DNA from: Opitutia bacterium UBA7374
Lineage (GTDB): Bacteria; Verrucomicrobiota; Verrucomicrobiia; Opitutales; Coraliomargaritaceae
NCBI GenBank assembly: GCA_002469895.1
Contig: DKOA01000046.1
Coordinates: 19,129 to 83,128, forward strand
DNA length: 64,000 bases
Reading direction: 5' to 3'
Shown here: positions 39,512 through 49,092 of the stretch, one piece after another
How positions within the stretch are numbered: position 1 is the stretch's first letter
Layout: each line of letters starts with the position of its first letter
Translations under genes and position numbers: made by a program
The notes under the pieces: model-generated
Seen by the model: the letters and a program-made list of their open reading frames with translations, nothing else
Database searches by the model: none
What the model was told of the DNA's origin: nothing

Positions 39512-39960
39512 TGTTTATACAATTATATCTGTTTTGGATAAGTCCAAACCGAAAATTGCAGAAGGGATGTGCCTCGATTGCCAGCCGCCCACAGAACTAA
39601 TCTGGCTTCTTCAGTGGATTGGACGGCCTCTTTCAAGGCTGTCCTTTCTTTGCTGAAAAAACAAAAAATGGGCAATTTTTTTTAACTTTTTCGATAAATT
39701 TGCACGGCTCGTTCATTGGTAAAGTTATGAACATTTTAATTACTTCATTATGAAGGACTTTAGGAGTTATTCACAAATCTCATAAGTTATTAACAATCAT
39801 AGGTTTATGTAGATTCATTGTTGACATGCTGAAATTTGATTTCATTTTAATTACATACCTTCGGGTATATGATCTTTGACAGAAGCGATAAATTTCAACT
39901 GCGCACTGTGTGTTGTTGAAAATATTATCTCGATAATGTTCGATTTTATCGAACCAATGG

Positions 39961-40840
39961 TCGGGTAGCACTGGCGCGCCCGGCCCCTGCAATAGCTACA
40001 CCTCGGTGTTGAACTTGCAGGCAGATGTCACCAACTTCCACGCAGGGTTCGTTAGCCCTGCGAGTTTAACGATGCGGGGGTTTGGCGGTGAGCACAGGCC
40101 CGAGCTAATAATAACGCCCGGGAGAGAACCAGATTGCTCACCGAGTCACGCATGTAAGAATGGGTTCTACATTCTTGCGCTGCGAACACAGTCGGTCTCA
40201 GACCGGTAGTTGTTACTGTGAGCCAGTACGGAGATCATGATCCGGCGGAAAGACGAAATAGCTCCGCCCGAAACTGAGGGTTTCGCAACCTGACAGATGA
40301 AAACAGATCCTGACTTCGTGAGTTGAGTGCGAAGTGTTGAGACAGCGGGCGGCCGCTGGCGGGCACAGCGCACAATAACACTCGAGTCGCGGGAGGTCTT
40401 AACCGGTCGTCCGCCTGAGAAAAAAATGCAACCTGCGGGATAAGAGACAAGACCCGTCGTCTAAGGCAAACGACTGCTGCAAATGCAGTGCCGTCCTTAG
40501 ACTAAGACGATCCACATAACTTCTCAGAAGTGTGGAAACCTCGGGTTCGTACTGCACTTGTTTGCAAGCAAGCACAGTATGGGCAAAGAAGTCTCACCCT
40601 AAGAGCTCCAGCGGTGACGCTGGAAGCAGGTCTCGCTGCGGGACCAAATGGTTGGAACGTCTGCACAACCAGCGTAGCGTCGGGGAACTGGCAGCCATCT
40701 CATTCGACGGATGGGAGGGCGCCTAATGTCAGTGCATCGAGGAAAGAGAGTGTGGCGAGCTCCCACTCCTCACCTTTTTCGCTAATCATAGCGATAAAAG
40801 TTCTTTAAAACCCATAGGTTTTCACCTGTGGGTTTTTTTG
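39961..40840 (+). ncRNA. candidate large structured ncRNA, class unassigned (5' end uncertain)
   Basis: GC-rich stretch with no ORF over 92 codons in any frame and non-protein-like translations. I hand-folded many helices, listed in the first finding. There is a colinear long-range pairing between 39968-39981 and 40717-40735. A GTGA tetraloop hairpin sits at 40608-40623. The element ends at an intrinsic terminator, and no plus-strand gene follows it. Confidence 0.45.
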
Positions 40841-41155
40841 TGCCCCCACGACAATCGGTCTCTTTCCTTGCTCTGCAATAGATGAGTTGCGGCAAACGGG
40901 TGCTACCATCGGAAATGCTATTCCTGAAGCGACTATGATGCAGTCATCATCCAAAGAGATGCCATAATAGTTGAAAGAGATATACGCTTCACAATGAACG
41001 AATTCAAGGAACCAAGAGTTGGCTCTACGATAATGAGAGTACTGGAAGGGAAAGCGTATATCACAGTGACTTTTGAAGAGACGGATGCCTTCAAAAATAG
41101 GGCAAGTGGCAGTCACATTAGAAAAGTCGATACTTGCGGATTCATCTGTAGGCAC
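40805..41155 (-). CDS. doubtful small Cys-containing ORF (116 aa)
   Basis: An ORF exists in a low-GC stretch, but its last 11 codons are encoded by the terminator hairpin. An equally long ORF (40994-41344) lies on the other strand. No family recognised. Confidence 0.25.
   Translation of the reverse strand: MPTDESASIDFSNVTATCPIFEGIRLFKSHCDIRFPFQYSHYRRANSWFLEFVHCEAYISFNYYGISLDDDCIIVASGIAFPMVAPVCRNSSIAEQGKRPIVVGAQKNPQVKTYGF
40808..40839 (+). terminator. rho-independent terminator (possibly bidirectional)
   Basis: Stem ACCCATAGG (40810-40818) / CCTGTGGGT (40825-40833, one G-U pair), 6-nt loop, then a T7 run (40833-39). The upstream side carries AAAA, so the reverse strand also reads hairpin plus TTTT. 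Confidence 0.65.
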
Positions 41156-41352
41156 CCGCTTTTACCGCTTCAAGGTGGCGGAATCATTCTCTCGGTCATG
41201 ATGTATCCTCACATCTGCCTAAATAACCCTGCCCTTGGATATTCTACAATCCCTCAGGCGCTTGAGAAGGGGCTCCAATTCCATATGAGGGGAGCAATTG
41301 GTCAGACTTTAGGGAGCCAAGTAGAGGCTTCCGGGCCGAAATAATCATTCTA

Positions 41353-42060
41353 CTATTTTCTTCGCCAGAAAACGTAGCCCAGGACGGCCCCGCCTAAAAG
41401 GAGTGCATAAGTCGTTGATTCGGGGACTGTTGAAAGCGTAACAGACACATCGTCAACTCGAATATCGTGAGTGCTGTTGGTTGAAATCACTCCATCTCCT
41501 ACAAAGCTCATAAATTTTATATGAAGTAAACCATCCTCAATGATCACAGGAGTAGGGTTCGTGAAAATTCTTTGGTTAACCCAACCACTGGCACCATTAT
41601 TACTTGTAGAGCTGTAGCTAAGTTCAGTCCAAACAGAGTCAACACTTGCATCACTGACAGCAAAGTCAGAGCCTGAAGTGTAGTAAACTTTAAAGACGTC
41701 ACTATCCATACCGGAAAAATCTTTAATCGCCTCACTGGTAGCAAAACCAACAGAGAGATAAGCACCGTAAGATGCTGTATTAGCATTAATGTTATAGATA
41801 AGAAAACCTTCCGTATTGTCTGTAAGAAATACGTTATTACCTCCAGTTGCATCAGGATATTGGCCTGCAGAACCACCTGAAGTCCTAACGTCTGCATCTT
41901 CGATTGAGAGATATTCAACTGAGTTATTATTATCTAATCCGGTATCATTCTCTAAAGAAAGTCTGCTGTCGCTGTCTCCAAAACCTTCTGTGAGGATAGT
42001 AGTAAAAGCAGCAAATGAACTAAGGGTAGTCGCTAAAAAAAATAGTAGGTATAATTTCAC
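41353..42060 (-). CDS. PEP-CTERM sorting-domain protein
   Basis: Signal peptide MKLYLLFFLATTLSSFAA and C-terminal VPESTTYALLLGGAVLGYVFWRRK, which reads as a PEP-like motif, a TM helix and a basic tail. Confidence 0.8.
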   Translation of the reverse strand: MKLYLLFFLATTLSSFAAFTTILTEGFGDSDSRLSLENDTGLDNNNSVEYLSIEDADVRTSGGSAGQYPDATGGNNVFLTDNTEGFLIYNINANTASYGAYLSVGFATSEAIKDFSGMDSDVFKVYYTSGSDFAVSDASVDSVWTELSYSSTSNNGASGWVNQRIFTNPTPVIIEDGLLHIKFMSFVGDGVISTNSTHDIRVDDVSVTLSTVPESTTYALLLGGAVLGYVFWRRK

Positions 42061-42504
42061 ACAAATACGCAGCTAGAGGTATTCCAATTTAGCGGATTTA
42101 TTAAATTTTTTAAAAATACTTAAAGTGCCTCCTTAGGTTTATAAATAAAAGCAGTCAATCCGTAGGGAATATGCTCTTCTACGACTGATATAAAGGATAC
42201 GGTCACTGAACTCATGAACAGGTTAAGGATACAAACAGCAGAAAAATAGACTTCATATTTTCCTGACAAATCTGGTACTACGGAATGCAGGCTACGCCCA
42301 TTTAAGCGGCATTTTTTTGAGTGGACCTAATGTAATAGGCACAATTCAGGCGGTGGCTTATTCGACCCCCGCTTTCTGACTCAAACTTGACCCAATGCTG
42401 ATTAAATAAAGTCTATTTTGTTAAGAATAGCACTGATCGTTCGAGTTTATTGGGTTGTCCCAATTTCAATATATTTTTATAAATAATTGATCTTTAGAGA
42501 CTTC

Positions 42505-42581
<77 letters not shown>

Positions 42582-42683
42582 GTCCAATTGAGCGAAACAT
42601 AAATGTGGCATCGTTGCTTGAAGTCAAGCCTCTGGCGTGCTGTCTTGATGGTGCATTAGATTTGTAAAAGAGAGACTAAGATT

Positions 42684-43301
42684 ATGTTTACAGGAATCGT
42701 AGAAGAGACGGGTATTGTGCGTTCGTTTACTGAGCAGGAGCAGGCTTGGCGTTTGGTTTTGGATGCGGCTGTGGTGACCAAGGGCCTGCAACTGGGCGAC
42801 AGTGTGGCGGTGAATGGCTGTTGCTTGACAGTGGTTGATTTTGCCGAGGATCGTTTAGAATTTGATCTGCTGGCACAAAGCGTACGTTTGACATCAATTG
42901 ATGGCATCGGGCCGGGGGGACGGGTCAACTTGGAGCGGGCACTCCTCCCCACGACGCGAATGGGTGGGCATTTTGTTTCGGGTCATGTGGACGGTACAGG
43001 CGCGATCGCCACGATTGAGCCGCGGGGCAAAGATGTGTACCTGCGAATAACGCCGGACCCGGAAATGTTGCGTTATGTTGTGGCCAAGGGCTGTGTCGCG
43101 GTCGACGGGATTTCTCTGACAGTGGCAGAACTCGACGATACGGGGTTCAGTATCTGGCTTATCCCGCATACTCTGGAAGTAACCAACCTCGGGGATAAGC
43201 GAGCGGGGGATCGGGTCAATCTGGAGTTTGACTTGCTGGCGAAGTATGTGGAGCGGCTTCTGGGGAAGGACGATGACTCGTCTTTAACTTGGATTGGCTA
43301 G
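42684..43301 (+). CDS. ribE: riboflavin synthase alpha subunit
   Basis: [10 protein letters not shown] start and a duplicated lumazine-binding repeat ([13 protein letters not shown] / [12 protein letters not shown]). Confidence 0.9.
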   Translation: MFTGIVEETGIVRSFTEQEQAWRLVLDAAVVTKGLQLGDSVAVNGCCLTVVDFAEDRLEFDLLAQSVRLTSIDGIGPGGRVNLERALLPTTRMGGHFVSGHVDGTGAIATIEPRGKDVYLRITPDPEMLRYVVAKGCVAVDGISLTVAELDDTGFSIWLIPHTLEVTNLGDKRAGDRVNLEFDLLAKYVERLLGKDDDSSLTWIG

Positions 43302-43922
43302 GCGCATGACGCGGAAGAGGAGTCCGGCGGCTACGGCAGCCAGAGCCTGCACCAGGCAATAGAGGGGGAACGCGCTCCAGGGGATAAATCCGGCGATGCA
43401 GAGGAAAAGGGTAATGGCGGGATTAAAGGCAGCAAAAGAGATGGGCCCGACAGCATAGGCGCCAGCTCCGACAATGGCGCCGATGGCGATGCCGTAAAAG
43501 CCGTTGCCGAGATTCTTATGAGCAATTGCGACGTTCAGAATGACCCACATGAGAATGAACGTGAAGAGGCACTCGGCGAGGAGGGTTTTGCCCATTTCGA
43601 GTTCGATGGGGACCAGTTCCGCAAGTGCTTCCGGGTAGAGCAGCGGAAGGGTCCAGGCTGCCAGAATGGCACTGATAAAGATGGCAATCATATAGGGCAG
43701 TACGGCTTTACCCGGGAGATCGCCTGCGCTGAAGTAGGTGATCGTGGTGGCGGGGTTGAAATGTGCCTTGGAGATATGACCGCAGGCGTAGACGAGGGCA
43801 GCGAGGCCGATCGTCACCGCGAGTGGGGTGAAGTCACCTGCTCCGGGGGGCAGGGCGCAGAGTCCGATGATCAGTGCGAGGAAGTAGGTGCCGATGACTT
43901 CTGCAATGAGGATATTTTTCAT
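43284..43922 (-). CDS. MIP-family channel (aquaporin/aquaglyceroporin), likely arsenite channel by context
   Basis: Two NPA boxes (HFNPATT, AFNPAIT) and six predicted TM helices. The start is set at MKNILIAE (ATG 43922), because the longer ORF overlaps arsC. Confidence 0.85.
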   Translation of the reverse strand: MKNILIAEVIGTYFLALIIGLCALPPGAGDFTPLAVTIGLAALVYACGHISKAHFNPATTITYFSAGDLPGKAVLPYMIAIFISAILAAWTLPLLYPEALAELVPIELEMGKTLLAECLFTFILMWVILNVAIAHKNLGNGFYGIAIGAIVGAGAYAVGPISFAAFNPAITLFLCIAGFIPWSAFPLYCLVQALAAVAAGLLFRVMRLANPS

Positions 43923-43977
43923 AGTGGATGCGTCTCTACTCTCGTGTTCGTTTTGATTGTCCGGTTTTAAATGGGCT

Positions 43978-44436
43978 TTATGAAGATGCTGGTAGGGTGG
44001 CCTGACGGTAGCCGGCGGCATAAGCTTCAAAAACAAGTTTGATTTGATCGCGGATGCGGCGGAAAGCATCGAGTTCGGATTCGCCGGGTCGCATGGCGTG
44101 AGGGGGGTCTTCAAAGCCCCAGTGGTAGCGTTGGCTTTGTCCGGGAAAGATGGGACAGGCTTGATCGGCATTGCCGCAAACGGTGATGACGGTGTCGATG
44201 CCGCTATCGAGGTACTGCTCGAGAGGATCAGAGGTATGTTGACTGGCGTCGTAGCCAATTTCGTTGAGGGCTTCGATGGCGAGTGGGTGGACTTCGCCCT
44301 TGGGCTTGGAGCCGGCGCTGAAGACTTCAAAGAGGTCGCCCGCAGCAGCGCGGAGGATGCCTTCGGCCATATGGCTGCGGCAGGAGTTGCCGGTGCAGAG
44401 GATGAGTACTTTGGGTTTGGTCATGGTCGAATTCAT
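43978..44436 (-). CDS. arsC: arsenate reductase, LMW-PTPase (thioredoxin-coupled) type
   Basis: CX5R loop LCTGNSCRS plus the downstream Cys pair [10 protein letters not shown]. Confidence 0.9.
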   Translation of the reverse strand: MNSTMTKPKVLILCTGNSCRSHMAEGILRAAAGDLFEVFSAGSKPKGEVHPLAIEALNEIGYDASQHTSDPLEQYLDSGIDTVITVCGNADQACPIFPGQSQRYHWGFEDPPHAMRPGESELDAFRRIRDQIKLVFEAYAAGYRQATLPASS

Positions 44437-44455
44437 TGTCGAAGGTTGGTATTTA

Positions 44456-45418
44456 TTAAAGAAATTGTGCGATTAGATTGAGGAAGTACCCGGTGAAGAT
44501 AATCGCCAGAGTCGTCATGCCGAAGTAGATGCCGATGAGTTGGAGCTGCATGGTACGGCGCAACATAATGGCTTCGGGCAGGCTGAGAGCGGCCATAGCC
44601 ATCATAAAGGCGAGGGCCGTGCCGAGTGGGATACCTTTGTTAAAGAGGACTACGGCAATGGGAACAATAGCGGCACAACTGCCATACATAGGCACGCCTA
44701 AAGTCGTAGCGATGGGCACGGAAAAGAGGCCGGTCGCCTGCATTAAGTTGTGGATGGTCTCCTGTGGCACATAGTTGTGAATGAAGGCCCCGACACCGAC
44801 GCCAATGATGACCCAGAGCCAGATTTGCCGGATGACGGTAATGGCTTCCTTTAATCCGTAGCGCAAACGGGTGCTCAGGGTGTGCTTGAAGGCTGCTTCT
44901 TCATCGTCAATACCTTCGGCCATGTCCTTCTCAAGATAACGATGTAAATGCATCTTTCCAAGCAGGGCACCGGCTGTAGTGCCGATGAAGAGCCCACTGC
45001 TGACGTAGGCAATCGTTACCGGCAGTCCGAATTCGCCGACCATGAGGATGACGAGGTATTCGTTGATGATCGGGGAGGTGAGGAGAAAGGAGAAGGTAAC
45101 GCCGAGCGGAACTCCGGCCTTGAGCAGGCTGATAAAAAGAGGGATGGAGGAGCAAGAGCAGAAGGGGGTGATCGCACCGAAGAGCGCGGCGATAAAATTC
45201 CCCCAAAGACCGCCACGGCTCATCCATGCCTTGAGTCGCTCTTGTGGCAACCAGGTACGGATAAAGCCGATCATAAAGATCATCACGGCAAGCAGGAAAA
45301 AGATCTTTAGCGTATCGTTGAGAAAGAACTGAAGGGCTTGTCCAAACCGGGCATCCGGATCGAGGCCGAACCATTGGTAGACAATTGTATCGGACAGTTG
45401 CTGGAGAAGAGCACTCAC
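44456..45418 (-). CDS. ArsP/YraQ-family permease
   Basis: Polytopic protein with the motif [13 protein letters not shown], located inside the ars operon. Confidence 0.75.
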   Translation of the reverse strand: MSALLQQLSDTIVYQWFGLDPDARFGQALQFFLNDTLKIFFLLAVMIFMIGFIRTWLPQERLKAWMSRGGLWGNFIAALFGAITPFCSCSSIPLFISLLKAGVPLGVTFSFLLTSPIINEYLVILMVGEFGLPVTIAYVSSGLFIGTTAGALLGKMHLHRYLEKDMAEGIDDEEAAFKHTLSTRLRYGLKEAITVIRQIWLWVIIGVGVGAFIHNYVPQETIHNLMQATGLFSVPIATTLGVPMYGSCAAIVPIAVVLFNKGIPLGTALAFMMAMAALSLPEAIMLRRTMQLQLIGIYFGMTTLAIIFTGYFLNLIAQFL

Positions 45419-45423
45419 TTTGC

Positions 45424-45597
45424 TTAACAGCAGTTGCCGTCTTTCTTACTGTTTTCAGAACAGCAGGCATTATCTGCCTGTTTATCGGCCTTTTCTTTCA
45501 TCGATTGATCCAGCTTAGTGAATATCCGTTGGAAGAATCCTGGCTTCGTATCGTTCAGTGCGGTTGGTTTGAGTTTGTCTGGGTTTGTATCGTTCAT
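45424..45597 (-). CDS. small Cys-pair protein (57 aa) in the ars operon
   Basis: [11 protein letters not shown]...[22 protein letters not shown] carries two vicinal CC pairs at the C-terminus. The start is set at ATG 45597, 13 nt after the arsR stop, and the gene ends 5 nt before the permease start. Confidence 0.4.
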   Translation of the reverse strand: MNDTNPDKLKPTALNDTKPGFFQRIFTKLDQSMKEKADKQADNACCSENSKKDGNCC

Positions 45598-45610
45598 AGG
45601 AAGAGTTTTT

Positions 45611-45946
45611 TTAGCAGCAGCCAATCGATTCACAGACCGGTTTAGGGCAATCGTCGGGATCAGTGGAAATACGCCGTACAAGTTCCAGACGGGCGATGAG
45701 GTCGCCCTGTAGCTCCGGGCAATCGGCTGCGTTGAGATATGAGAGATTGGCACAAAGGAGCCCGTTAACCGGTTCTTTCAAGCGATAGATCATCCAAGTT
45801 CCTTGGCGGGTTGCGGTGATCAGATCGAGTTGCTTGATCAGGCCGAGTTGCTTGGAAATATGAACTTGTGTGGTCTCCAGAATTTCCTGGATATGGCAGA
45901 CGCAGAGCGGCCCTGCAGTCAGTAGATTGAGGATGCGCAAGCGCAT
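45611..45946 (-). CDS. arsR: ArsR/SmtB family transcriptional repressor
   Basis: wHTH with the metalloid-binding motif [10 protein letters not shown] and additional C-terminal cysteines (CESIGCC). Confidence 0.85.
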   Translation of the reverse strand: MRLRILNLLTAGPLCVCHIQEILETTQVHISKQLGLIKQLDLITATRQGTWMIYRLKEPVNGLLCANLSYLNAADCPELQGDLIARLELVRRISTDPDDCPKPVCESIGCC

Positions 45947-46014
45947 CGGATCGGCGAGGCACTTTAGTATGCTGGAGATTTGTACGGTTTCGATGATTCG
46001 TATATTCCAAATTT

Positions 46015-46040
46015 ATTATATACTGTAAAGAGTATATAAT
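46015..46040. promoter_or_regulatory. perfect inverted repeat, candidate ArsR operator overlapping -10-like boxes
   Basis: ATTATATACT (46015-46024), GTAAAG spacer, AGTATATAAT (46031-46040), giving 10-bp perfect arms. It lies 69 nt upstream of the arsR start and 48 nt upstream of cstA. Each strand reads TATAAT at the arm end. Confidence 0.5.
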
Positions 46041-46087
46041 GAGTCTGAAGGTGCTTCATGAATGATTGAAATTTTATTTTCGGCTGC

Positions 46088-47713
46088 TTGTCTATTTGCA
46101 TGCTCGTTACCCTGTTACTCTTGTCGGCCTTGTTGCTCCTGCTGGGCTACCGATTTTACGGTCGGTTTCTGGAGCGGCGTTGCGGGGTCGATCCGGATCG
46201 TCCGACGCCGGCTTGTGAAGTGAATGACGGGGTGGACTATGTGCCGACCTCTGTACCGGTGCTCTTCGGGCATCATTTTTCTTCAATTGCCGGAGCCGGT
46301 CCCATTGTGGGGCCAATTATTGCAGCTTCGATCTTTGGCTGGCTGCCCACATGGTTGTGGATTCTGGTTGGAGCGATATTTGTCGGAGGGGTGCATGATT
46401 TTGGGAGTACTTTGATGTCTTTGCGGCAGGGTGGGCGTTCGATTACATCGACTTGTCGTCGGCTCGTCGGTGAGCGTACAGGTCAACTGTTTCTCTGGTT
46501 TGTCTTGTTGGCTTTGGTCTATGTCATCGTAGTCTTTTTAGACCTCACGGTTTCGGGCTTTCAGGGGCAGTCGGCGGTGGCAACGGCCTCGGGTTGGTTT
46601 ATACTTACGGCACTCCTCTTCGGCTGGGTTTTGCGTCGTCGTCTTCTACCTGCGGGCTTGGCCGTGGCCCTTTTTATCCTACTGACCTATGGTGGGCTTT
46701 GGGTGGGTGTCTCTTTTCCCGCACCGGCACTGGATAAGCCGGTTTGGATCGGGTTGGTGCTGCTCTATTGTTATGTTGCGGCGATCCTTCCGGTGGGGAC
46801 GCTGATGCAGCCGAGAGATTTCCTGAGTGCGACTTTTCTGTATGCGATCTTGCTCTTTGGGGTCCTTGGAATGTTGGTCCGCGGGGGCGGAATGGATCTG
46901 CCGGTATTTGCCGGCTTTGAGCCAAAGGATCTGCAGTATTTGGCACCCTTTCTTTTCATTACGGTGGCTTGTGGCGCCTGCAGTGGCTTTCATAGCGTAG
47001 TCAGTAGTGGAACGACATCGAAGCAGTTACGCACGGAGCGGGATGTGAAGAAAGTGGCTTATGGGGCAATGCTGGTGGAGGGGCTTCTGGCAGTATTTGC
47101 GCTCGGTTGCGTAGGTGTGGTCGGGGGGTTTACGGGTAGCCCGGTGGAGGCGTTCTCCCGGGGGGCCTCTCTCTTTTTCTCCGCACTTGGTTTGCCGTTG
47201 GAGTTGGGGCTGGCTTTTGCCTCGCTGGCGGTGAGTACCTTTTTACTGACATCGCTCGATACCTGTACCCGTCTGACTCGTTTTCTTTTAGAGGAGTTGT
47301 TGGATCGCCGGAACCGTTGGACCCGGTTTGGGGGTACTTTTATTGTGCTGTTGCTTCCGGCAGCAGCAGTCTTCGGCACATTCACGGGACCGGAGGGGCA
47401 ATTGATACCGGCATGGAAGGCGGTCTGGCCGCTCTTTGGTGCAACTAATCAGTTGTTGGCGGCACTGGCTTTAACCACTTTTCTGGTCTTTTTAAGAGAT
47501 CGCCGGATTGCTTTCGGCTTCGCACTCTGGCCGACGCTTTTCATGGTGGCCATGCCGATGCTGGCACTCGCTTTGATGGTGGTGGAGCACGGGCCGATGA
47601 GCTTGCTCGGGGGGATCGCTTGCGCGATGTTGGCTTTGGGGCTTTATGTCAGCGTGATGTCGCTACGCTTCGTCTTTACCCCGTCAACTCCAGCAGCTTC
47701 AGTGGAGGCCTGA
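46088..47713 (+). CDS. cstA: carbon starvation protein CstA family transporter
   Basis: YRFYGRF...DGVDYVPT and [16 protein letters not shown] motifs in a polytopic protein. Confidence 0.85.
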   Translation: MSICMLVTLLLLSALLLLLGYRFYGRFLERRCGVDPDRPTPACEVNDGVDYVPTSVPVLFGHHFSSIAGAGPIVGPIIAASIFGWLPTWLWILVGAIFVGGVHDFGSTLMSLRQGGRSITSTCRRLVGERTGQLFLWFVLLALVYVIVVFLDLTVSGFQGQSAVATASGWFILTALLFGWVLRRRLLPAGLAVALFILLTYGGLWVGVSFPAPALDKPVWIGLVLLYCYVAAILPVGTLMQPRDFLSATFLYAILLFGVLGMLVRGGGMDLPVFAGFEPKDLQYLAPFLFITVACGACSGFHSVVSSGTTSKQLRTERDVKKVAYGAMLVEGLLAVFALGCVGVVGGFTGSPVEAFSRGASLFFSALGLPLELGLAFASLAVSTFLLTSLDTCTRLTRFLLEELLDRRNRWTRFGGTFIVLLLPAAAVFGTFTGPEGQLIPAWKAVWPLFGATNQLLAALALTTFLVFLRDRRIAFGFALWPTLFMVAMPMLALALMVVEHGPMSLLGGIACAMLALGLYVSVMSLRFVFTPSTPAASVEA

Positions 47714-47747
47714 GCGATGCGTTTACACCGGGTCTTGGCGGCGTTGT

Positions 47748-49034
47748 TCAGACTAGTTCAGAGATAGAGCCAAAGCCGGGATCAAAGAGCCGTTTGTAGA
47801 TACGCACGGCCTGTCCATCAGTTAGTCCGGCAATAAAATCACAAAGCCTGCGCATGCGTGCGCGTGGTTCGGTTTCGTTGTCGATCAGTTGACGCACGGC
47901 ATCGGGAAGAATTTTCAGTCGTTGGTTGTTGTTTCCGGTAGCGTGCTCTTTGAGGGCATAGAAGAGTTTCTCCAGAAGGTATCCACCCTTGAATTCGATT
48001 TGCTGAATTTGAGTGGAACGAAAGATGAGATCGAGCGCCATTCGCTTATAAAGACGGCTCTCAATTTCTACGGCTGAATCAACTTGTAGGTCGAATGCGT
48101 GTCGATGGGTTTGCTCGCTAAGGAAGCCCCGGCGGGGATGGAGGGTACATCCATGGACAAATTTACCGATACGGCTGCCAAAGTAGGGCTCGTAGCTACC
48201 TTTGTGAATGGTCGAGCAGAGTTTATCGATATGGTCGGTTTCTTCTTGGCTCAGTTCCTGATTTTGCGCCCATTCCCGGATGCTGCCGACGGTGATGTAG
48301 CGCGCGTGAATGCCATCGACAATGTCGTGTAGGGAGTAGGCGGTGTCGTCGGCCCAATCCATGATCTGGCATTCGATACTTTTCAATGAATTGATTGCTT
48401 TGGGAGCAGTGAGCTCGGGAGGGCGGGGTTCCTTTGCGGTGACGGCGTCGCGCCAATCGACCTGCTCATCGTAAATAAAATGATGGTTCGGGGCCTGACC
48501 CGTATCCTCCAGCCATTCGCTGTGTAGTGCTTTGTACTTGAGGACACCATCCAGGAGGGCACGCGTTGGGGCAATTCCCTTAGTTCGGCTGGGACGCTCG
48601 TAGAGGAGTTCGGTGAGGATACGCAGGGTCTGGGCATTGCCCTCAAAGCCACCTTCCTCGGCCATCAACTGATTGAGTTTGCGTTCTCCGATGTGGCCGA
48701 AGGGTGGATGCCCGAGATCGTGGGCAAGACAGATGGCTTCAGTGAGGTCGGGATCGATGTAAAAGTCCGCCTCTAGGTGAGCGCTTGTGCTTTGTAGGTA
48801 CTGGCAGATAGAGCGACCGATTTTGGCCACTTCGATGGAGTGTGTCAGGCGGGTGCGATAGAAGTCATATTCTCCCGACTGGAAGACCTGTGTCTTGGAT
48901 TGGAGCTTCCGGAAAGGGTAAGCAAAAATGATACGGTCTCGCTCAATTTGGAAGGCGTTGCGGTACTCTTCTTCAGCGCAAGGAGTTTCGGGGAAGCGCT
49001 GGAGGTCGAAGTCGCTGTAAAATGAGTTTTGCAT
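47748..49034 (-). CDS. dgt: dGTP triphosphohydrolase-like HD-domain protein
   Basis: HD motif [12 protein letters not shown] and [10 protein letters not shown]. The start is set at MQNSFY (ATG 49034). Confidence 0.85.
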   Translation of the reverse strand: MQNSFYSDFDLQRFPETPCAEEEYRNAFQIERDRIIFAYPFRKLQSKTQVFQSGEYDFYRTRLTHSIEVAKIGRSICQYLQSTSAHLEADFYIDPDLTEAICLAHDLGHPPFGHIGERKLNQLMAEEGGFEGNAQTLRILTELLYERPSRTKGIAPTRALLDGVLKYKALHSEWLEDTGQAPNHHFIYDEQVDWRDAVTAKEPRPPELTAPKAINSLKSIECQIMDWADDTAYSLHDIVDGIHARYITVGSIREWAQNQELSQEETDHIDKLCSTIHKGSYEPYFGSRIGKFVHGCTLHPRRGFLSEQTHRHAFDLQVDSAVEIESRLYKRMALDLIFRSTQIQQIEFKGGYLLEKLFYALKEHATGNNNQRLKILPDAVRQLIDNETEPRARMRRLCDFIAGLTDGQAVRIYKRLFDPGFGSISELV

Positions 49035-49092
49035 CCGAGGCTGGCTTCTGGTTCGGTTATCAGACTCAGACAGATATGTTGCTAACTGTTCA

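Noticed and set aside
40006-40808. Short ORFs inside the GC-rich element (67, 68, 71, 64 and 92 aa) as possible genes or a decayed gene
   Set aside because: They are mutually overlapping on both strands, and the translations are low-complexity or Arg/Ser/Ala-rich with no recognisable motif. None has a plausible start context. ORFs of this length are expected by chance at this GC content.
39961-40840. Whether the structured element is RNase P RNA, tmRNA, a group II intron remnant or a riboswitch
   Set aside because: I found no GGAAAGTCCGGGC / ACAGAACCCGGCTTA-type P4 strands; the only GAGGAAAG lies near the 3' end and in the wrong context. There is no tRNA-like 3' end with CCA and no tag-peptide frame. 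The GNRA hairpin at 40608-23 does not extend into a domain V-like helix with an AGC triad and 2-nt bulge. No co-oriented gene follows, so it is not a riboswitch. This is a by-eye check only and needs a covariance-model search.
40994-41344. 116-aa plus-strand ORF in the low-GC islet
   Set aside because: It overlaps the equally long minus-strand ORF 40805-41155. Neither has a recognisable family or signal, so I listed only the minus-strand one, at low confidence, and treat both as doubtful.
43923-44330. N-terminal 136-aa extension of the aquaporin ORF
   Set aside because: It overlaps arsC on the same strand in another frame and is Pro/Ser/Ala-rich. The MIP fold starts at [11 protein letters not shown].
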